Assembly: GCA_964567895.1 (NCBI GenBank)
Contig: CAZMOX010000003.1
Span: forward strand, 651-64,650
Origin: an uncultured Spirochaetales bacterium
GTDB taxonomy: Bacteria > Spirochaetota > Spirochaetia > JABMQR01
Direction: 5' to 3'
DNA: 64,000 bases
Positions 59,260-64,000 of the stretch are shown one piece after another. How positions within the stretch are numbered: position 1 is the stretch's first letter; every line of letters begins with the position of its first letter. The notes beneath the pieces were generated by a model. That model had not been told where the DNA came from, did no database searches, and was given only the letters and a program-made list of their open reading frames with translations. Both the position numbers and the translations under genes were made by a program.

Positions 59260-60759
59260 TTATTTTTCTGCCCAGTTTAAACTTCTTTGTACTGCTTTTT
59301 GCCAGCCTCTATACAAACTTTCTCTCTGATCCTTAGATATTGAGGGTTCAAAAGCTCTGTCTAATTTCCAATGGGTTCCAAGCTCTTCTTTACTTTTCCA
59401 GAAACCAGTTCCTAAACCAGCCAAGTATGCTGCTCCCCGGGCTGCCATCTCTGTAACCTTGGGTCTTTCCACAACAATTCCTAAAATATCTGCCTGAAAC
59501 TGCATAAGGAAATCACTTTTAGCGGCTCCACCGTCAACCCGAAGCGAACTGCAGGCCTGCCCGAAGTCCTTTACCATGGCATCTAGTACATCCCTTGTCT
59601 GATATGCCATAGATTCAAGAGCGGCGCGTGCAATGTGTTCCAGTGATGTGCCTCCAGTCATTCCGATCATTAATCCTCTGGCATACATATCCCAGTAAGG
59701 TGCACATAACCCAGTAAAAGCTGGAACAAAATAGACTCCTCCGGTATTATCAACCTTCTCTGCAAGCAGATCCACTTCGGCTGATTTTTTAATAACTCTC
59801 AAACCGTCCCGTAGCCACTGGATGGCTGCGCCGCCAATGAAAACTACTCCTTCAAGTGCATACTCGGATCTATTGTCTATATGCCAACCGAGATTTGTAG
59901 TTAATCCGTGTTTGGAAACTATCGGTTCCTCCCCGGTATTCATAAAGAGAGCCAGAGCAGTACCATAGGTGTTTTTGACCATTCCTGGTTGAAAACAGCC
60001 CTGGCCAAAGGTGGCTGCATGCTGATCTCCGGCAACTCCGGCAATGGGGATAGCATACTTGAAGAAATGATTTTCTTCGGTAACAGCAAGCACTCCTGAA
60101 GAAGGTTTTACTGCGGGCAAAATATTTCTGGGAATACCTGTTATTTGTAGAAGTTCATCATCCCATTCTTTTGAATAAATATTGAAGAGCATTGTACGTG
60201 AGGCATTAGAAAAATCGGTTACGTGGTATTTTCTTCCGGATAAATTCCAGATAAGCCATGAGTCAATGTTTCCCATCAGGATTTCGCCGCTTTCCATTCT
60301 TTCCTTCAAACCAGGAATATTTTCCATTAACCACATTATCTTGGTACTGGAAAAATAGGCATCAATCACCAGACCGGTTTTCTTTTTTATCAGCGGTTCA
60401 TATCCAAAATCTTTAAGCTGATCGCATATTTTAGCGGATCGGCGGCACTGCCAGACAATTGCATTGTATATTGGTTTTCCAGTTTTTTTATCCCAAAGGA
60501 TTGTAGTTTCTCTTTGGTTTGTAATTCCAATGGATGCAATCTCTCCGGAACTTATCCTTTCTTCCTTTAATAACTGTTCGGAGCAGATTCGGACCGTCGA
60601 CAAATATTCCATAGGGTCATGTTCAACCCAGCCTGGATGTGGATAAATCTGTTTTATCTCCAGGTACCTGCTGGCTTTAATTGATCCATCTCTGTTAAAT
60701 AGGATTACTCTGGTACCGGTGGTGCCCTGATCTATAGCCATTACATAATTTTTTTCCAT
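59260..60759 (-). CDS. FGGY kinase, GlpK-like paralogue
   Basis: DQGTTG, GITNQRET, NAIVWQCRR, YFS.TK, GDQ, YALEG, VPAFTGL.APYW and LRVDGG. Deviates at KNTYGTALA. Confidence 0.88.
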   Translation of the reverse strand: MEKNYVMAIDQGTTGTRVILFNRDGSIKASRYLEIKQIYPHPGWVEHDPMEYLSTVRICSEQLLKEERISSGEIASIGITNQRETTILWDKKTGKPIYNAIVWQCRRSAKICDQLKDFGYEPLIKKKTGLVIDAYFSSTKIMWLMENIPGLKERMESGEILMGNIDSWLIWNLSGRKYHVTDFSNASRTMLFNIYSKEWDDELLQITGIPRNILPAVKPSSGVLAVTEENHFFKYAIPIAGVAGDQHAATFGQGCFQPGMVKNTYGTALALFMNTGEEPIVSKHGLTTNLGWHIDNRSEYALEGVVFIGGAAIQWLRDGLRVIKKSAEVDLLAEKVDNTGGVYFVPAFTGLCAPYWDMYARGLMIGMTGGTSLEHIARAALESMAYQTRDVLDAMVKDFGQACSSLRVDGGAAKSDFLMQFQADILGIVVERPKVTEMAARGAAYLAGLGTGFWKSKEELGTHWKLDRAFEPSISKDQRESLYRGWQKAVQRSLNWAEK

Positions 60760-60768
60760 TTTTCCTGC

Positions 60769-61830
60769 CTATGGTTTAATAATTATTTTAAGGAGCGGTT
60801 TCTGCTGAAGGGATACAAATGCCTCTTCTATTTTTTCCAGAGGGTAGATTTTACTGATATATTTTTCCATGTTTAACTGTTTTTGTTCAACTAATTTTAG
60901 AATTTGGCGATTCTGCTTTACCGTTGAGGCATGCACTCCGAAAACACCCAGTTCTTTATAATGAATCAAATTACTGTTTAAAAACCCTGTGGCTGGTTCC
61001 GGGAGTCCTCCAAATAGGCTGATTCGCCCCCGGGGTGCTGCCGCCTCTATAGCCTGTGTATGGGTTTGTCCCACGGAGCAGGCCGTGATAAGCACTTCCG
61101 GTCCTATGGCGTTTGTTTCTCTTTTTATGGCGGCGACAACATCCTCTTTATCCGGATGAATTAAAACTATTCCGGGAATCATTTCCAAAGCCTGTCTGGC
61201 CCGAAATCCGGAGAACTCAACCATGATGATTTTTTTCACCCCATTAAGTCTTGCAAGTTCTGCATGCATGCAACCGATAAATCCAGCTCCAAAGATTGCA
61301 ACTGTATCTTCTGCCTGAATATTGAGAAGCTCTTGTGCGTTTAAAGTACAGGCTACAGGCTCACAAAGAACAACCTCTTCAGCCCGGAGTTTTCCAGATA
61401 CAGGAATCACATTACCCATTTTAAATGCGGCTATTGGAATTTCCATGAATTCAGCGAATCCGCCGTCATATTGGAATCCTATAGTTGTAAGTGATTTACA
61501 TAGGTTTGTAAGTCCCCGTCTGCAGGAATAACAATGTCCACATCCGATAGCCGGGGCAGTAATAATCTTTTGCCCTATATTAAATTGAGCTGCTGCGGGA
61601 TCAGCGGTATCTCCTATGTGAACTAATTCGGCAAATATTTCATGTCCAATAATTCGTGGAGTATCAATTTTGCTGCTTCCCTTGGTATACGTCCTCATAT
61701 CAGTCCCGCAGATGGAACAGGCTTCTATTTTACAGATGACATTATCAGAATTAGCCTGAGGCGTCGGAACAGATTTAAGCGCAAACTCTTTTTTACTGGT
61801 ATGTACGAAGGCAAGCATACTTTTTTTCAA
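60769..61830 (-). CDS. Zn-dependent (MDR) polyol/sugar dehydrogenase
   Basis: CSICGTD, GHE, CGHCYSCRRG..NLC, EP.AC and GAGFIG. Confidence 0.88.
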   Translation of the reverse strand: MKKSMLAFVHTSKKEFALKSVPTPQANSDNVICKIEACSICGTDMRTYTKGSSKIDTPRIIGHEIFAELVHIGDTADPAAAQFNIGQKIITAPAIGCGHCYSCRRGLTNLCKSLTTIGFQYDGGFAEFMEIPIAAFKMGNVIPVSGKLRAEEVVLCEPVACTLNAQELLNIQAEDTVAIFGAGFIGCMHAELARLNGVKKIIMVEFSGFRARQALEMIPGIVLIHPDKEDVVAAIKRETNAIGPEVLITACSVGQTHTQAIEAAAPRGRISLFGGLPEPATGFLNSNLIHYKELGVFGVHASTVKQNRQILKLVEQKQLNMEKYISKIYPLEKIEEAFVSLQQKPLLKIIIKP

Positions 61831-61833
61831 CGG

Positions 61834-63237
61834 TTATACCTCTGCTCTCTCAATATCCAGTAGATCGGCCCATAAAGACCATCGTCGACTATGAGCTCCC
61901 AGTGTAAGTGCTTCATGGTGAGTTCCTCCAAGCAGAAGCCAGTTGTCCATTGCATTTCTGATTCCGGAATCCGGTCTAAAATGGAAATACGGCATTGGTA
62001 CGGCTTGCAGCTCTTCAGTATCTAAAATTGTTCCCGGGCAGATAACTAACTGGTATCCATATTCTGCAATAGAAACAAGCGAAACCATGCTGGCTGGTCC
62101 TGGCTGCGCCGAAAAAACTAATGTAGGAGGATTTTCCAGACCGCCAATTTCTAGAGGTCTGTCAATAAGTTTTATGGGGCGGTCTTTTCTGGCGATTCTC
62201 CAATTACCTTCTCCCATATGACTCATTAATGCTGAGTCCCGTGCAAAATCCAAACTATACATTTCGGTAAAATGACCTTCTCCTGCTAATAGGTGTCCTG
62301 CTGCTACTAGAGCGCACGAATGGATATCACCCTCATTAGCATAACCATAGCCTTTTGCCATCATGTTGGAGGCTGCAAGCATCTGGATTTGTTTAAATCG
62401 CCCATCCTCTTTGAATGAATCAAAATTCACACTGAAACCGTTGTATCCGGCATTTTGTAAGAATTTTTCAAAAGCAATCTGCAGTCTGGCTGCATAAGCA
62501 TGGTTTTCAACCGGAAGGGTGGGAGAAATCTGAAAATTTTTCCTGTCTTCAGCTATCTGGATATCGATCTCTTTTTGAGAAACTTCTTCAAAACATCTGT
62601 AAACCTGTCCGATTCCTTCATGATTTACTTCCGGACCTATCACTCTCTGGAAATTTCCCTCATCACTAACTATATCTCCCATACCTTTCATTCGGCCAAA
62701 AACAGCTATCCGCATTTTTTTAAGTTCTGCAGCGGTTAAGGCAGCTAAAGACCAATCTTTTACATAAGAGACAAATGAATCACTCTGCCAATCTTCGGTA
62801 ATTACACTCGTATTGGTGCCGGCCTGGAGGAGCATGTTTGCTGTATCCTGAGCACCATGGATTCCCTGATTAGTTGTCAGTCTGCTCCAGTCCCAGTCAG
62901 AGGTTACTGTGCGGAGAGGCTGTATATTAGCCATTAAGACAGGCAGGTTGTTCTCTTCCAACGCTCTTACCAGTCTGAATCCTGGACTGTAGAGAAGCAT
63001 AACAATTATTATTCCATCGTACTGTTTATAATTAAATTCCCGAATGATGGCTTCAATCTGCTCCCGGCTTTTGGCAGCGCCTGGGAAATCAATATCAATT
63101 TCAGGTTTTAATTTATTAACAATATCGCTGGCAAATTTTTCTTGTGCGTGTGTAATTTCCGGCTGACTTTCATCATATAGTCCATGCATGATACCTAATA
63201 ATCCGATTTTTGGTTTTCTTTTGTTTGTCATATTCAT
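61834..63237 (-). CDS. L-arabinose-isomerase-fold (AraA/FucI family) isomerase, divergent
   Basis: Metal/catalytic pattern GYGYANEGD, FTEMY, SHMGE and GGTHH matches AraA, but the N-terminus is non-canonical. Confidence 0.78.
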   Translation of the reverse strand: MNMTNKRKPKIGLLGIMHGLYDESQPEITHAQEKFASDIVNKLKPEIDIDFPGAAKSREQIEAIIREFNYKQYDGIIIVMLLYSPGFRLVRALEENNLPVLMANIQPLRTVTSDWDWSRLTTNQGIHGAQDTANMLLQAGTNTSVITEDWQSDSFVSYVKDWSLAALTAAELKKMRIAVFGRMKGMGDIVSDEGNFQRVIGPEVNHEGIGQVYRCFEEVSQKEIDIQIAEDRKNFQISPTLPVENHAYAARLQIAFEKFLQNAGYNGFSVNFDSFKEDGRFKQIQMLAASNMMAKGYGYANEGDIHSCALVAAGHLLAGEGHFTEMYSLDFARDSALMSHMGEGNWRIARKDRPIKLIDRPLEIGGLENPPTLVFSAQPGPASMVSLVSIAEYGYQLVICPGTILDTEELQAVPMPYFHFRPDSGIRNAMDNWLLLGGTHHEALTLGAHSRRWSLWADLLDIERAEV

Positions 63238-63240
63238 CTC

Positions 63241-63996
63241 CTAATCCATGTAATAACCGCCATTAATATTGACGGTTTCTCCATTTATAAATCCAGCCTG
63301 ATCTGAAGCTAAAAAACACATAAGCCATGACATATCCTGTTCTGTCCCCAGACGGCGAACTGGAATTTTCTCTGCCATTGCCATTTTTTTATCTTCAGGC
63401 CAGTACTGCATCATTGCAGTCATGACAGCATGAGGTGCGATCGCATTACAGGTAACACCAAACGAACCCAGCTGACGTGCAACGGAACGGGTGAGACTGA
63501 TTACTGCCCCTTTTGAAGCTCCATATACAAAAACAGTTGAATTATCACCATTTTTTCCTGTAATTGATGCCACATTAATGATTCTGCCATATTCTTGTTC
63601 TTTCATTATAGGAGAGACTGCCCTGATAGCATATAAAATACCTTTAATGTTGATATCAATAGTATCATTGATTATTTTATCCGTTGTCTCTTCGATAGTG
63701 CCGGAAAGCAGCAGTCCGGCATTATTGATCAGAATATCAATGCGGCCATATTTTTCTTTGACCGTTGCGATGAGTGAATCAACCTGTTCACGTTTTGAAA
63801 CATCACAGAGAATACCTTCTGATTTCCCTTTTTGGACAATAATTTCGTTTACTGTTCCATACATTCCAACTTGATCAATATCTGTTACAATTACAACGGC
63901 TCCTTCGGCTGCCAGATCAAGGGCTGTTTGCTTGCCCATTCCTTTGCCCGAGCCTGTAATTATAGCAATTTTCCCCTTAAATCTATCCTCTTTCAA
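63241..63996 (-). CDS. Short-chain dehydrogenase/reductase (may start beyond the window edge)
   Basis: TGSGKGMG, NNAG, YGASK, NAIAP and NGETVNINGG. Confidence 0.9.
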   Translation of the reverse strand: MKEDRFKGKIAIITGSGKGMGKQTALDLAAEGAVVIVTDIDQVGMYGTVNEIIVQKGKSEGILCDVSKREQVDSLIATVKEKYGRIDILINNAGLLLSGTIEETTDKIINDTIDINIKGILYAIRAVSPIMKEQEYGRIINVASITGKNGDNSTVFVYGASKGAVISLTRSVARQLGSFGVTCNAIAPHAVMTAMMQYWPEDKKMAMAEKIPVRRLGTEQDMSWLMCFLASDQAGFINGETVNINGGYYMD

Positions 63997-64000
63997 GAAA

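Noticed and set aside
1-64000. CRISPR arrays, tRNA/rRNA genes, intact transposases or integrases, and the many short antisense ORFs in the track
   Set aside because: No regularly spaced repeats or RNA-gene signatures were seen by eye, only IS fragments are present, and the short ORFs overlap well-supported genes on the other strand or frame.

Overview
This is a 64-kb bacterial accessory, catabolic region. The host is probably an anaerobic spirochaete, inferred only from the 'F-S/A-x-G-x-x-x'-type solute-binding-protein leaders and a spirochaete-like lipobox. I saw no rRNA, tRNA, CRISPR array or intact transposase. From left to right it holds: (i) a decayed GH27 isomalto-dextranase-like locus with a BrnT-like toxin 5' end and IS debris; (ii) a ~24-kb amino-acid/N-compound island, comprising a family-5 ABC importer, phosphonate-monoester hydrolase and M20D amidohydrolase operon divergent from a KamA-family radical-SAM/PLP aminomutase, carboxypeptidase-G2-like M20 and gamma-glutamyltransferase operon, followed by Lrp, a non-pyrrolysine MttB methyltransferase, an XRE-cupin regulator, kbl, EamA, GntR-aldolase-aminotransferase-HAD and tdh; (iii) VapBC, a broken restriction-modification system and a LacI/GH32 fructan locus whose transporter is deleted; (iv) HipBST, a second VapBC, a PadR membrane module, a ceramidase-like gene, Fic and dprA-yifB-yraN; (v) a two-component/ABC/GH5/GH30 beta-glycan locus bracketed by inverted REP-like palindromes; and (vi) a polyol or rare-sugar operon (SDR, AraA-fold isomerase, Zn dehydrogenase, GlpK-like kinase, Fe-ADH). 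The best candidate for an undescribed system is the aminomutase operon: the enzyme keeps its radical-SAM and PLP machinery but has neither the lysine- nor the glutamate-2,3-aminomutase specificity residues. A second theme is pervasive gene decay by apparently microhomology-joined internal deletions, while the toxin-antitoxin modules between the decayed loci stay intact. All family assignments come from motif recognition and recalled reference sequences; I ran no database searches.
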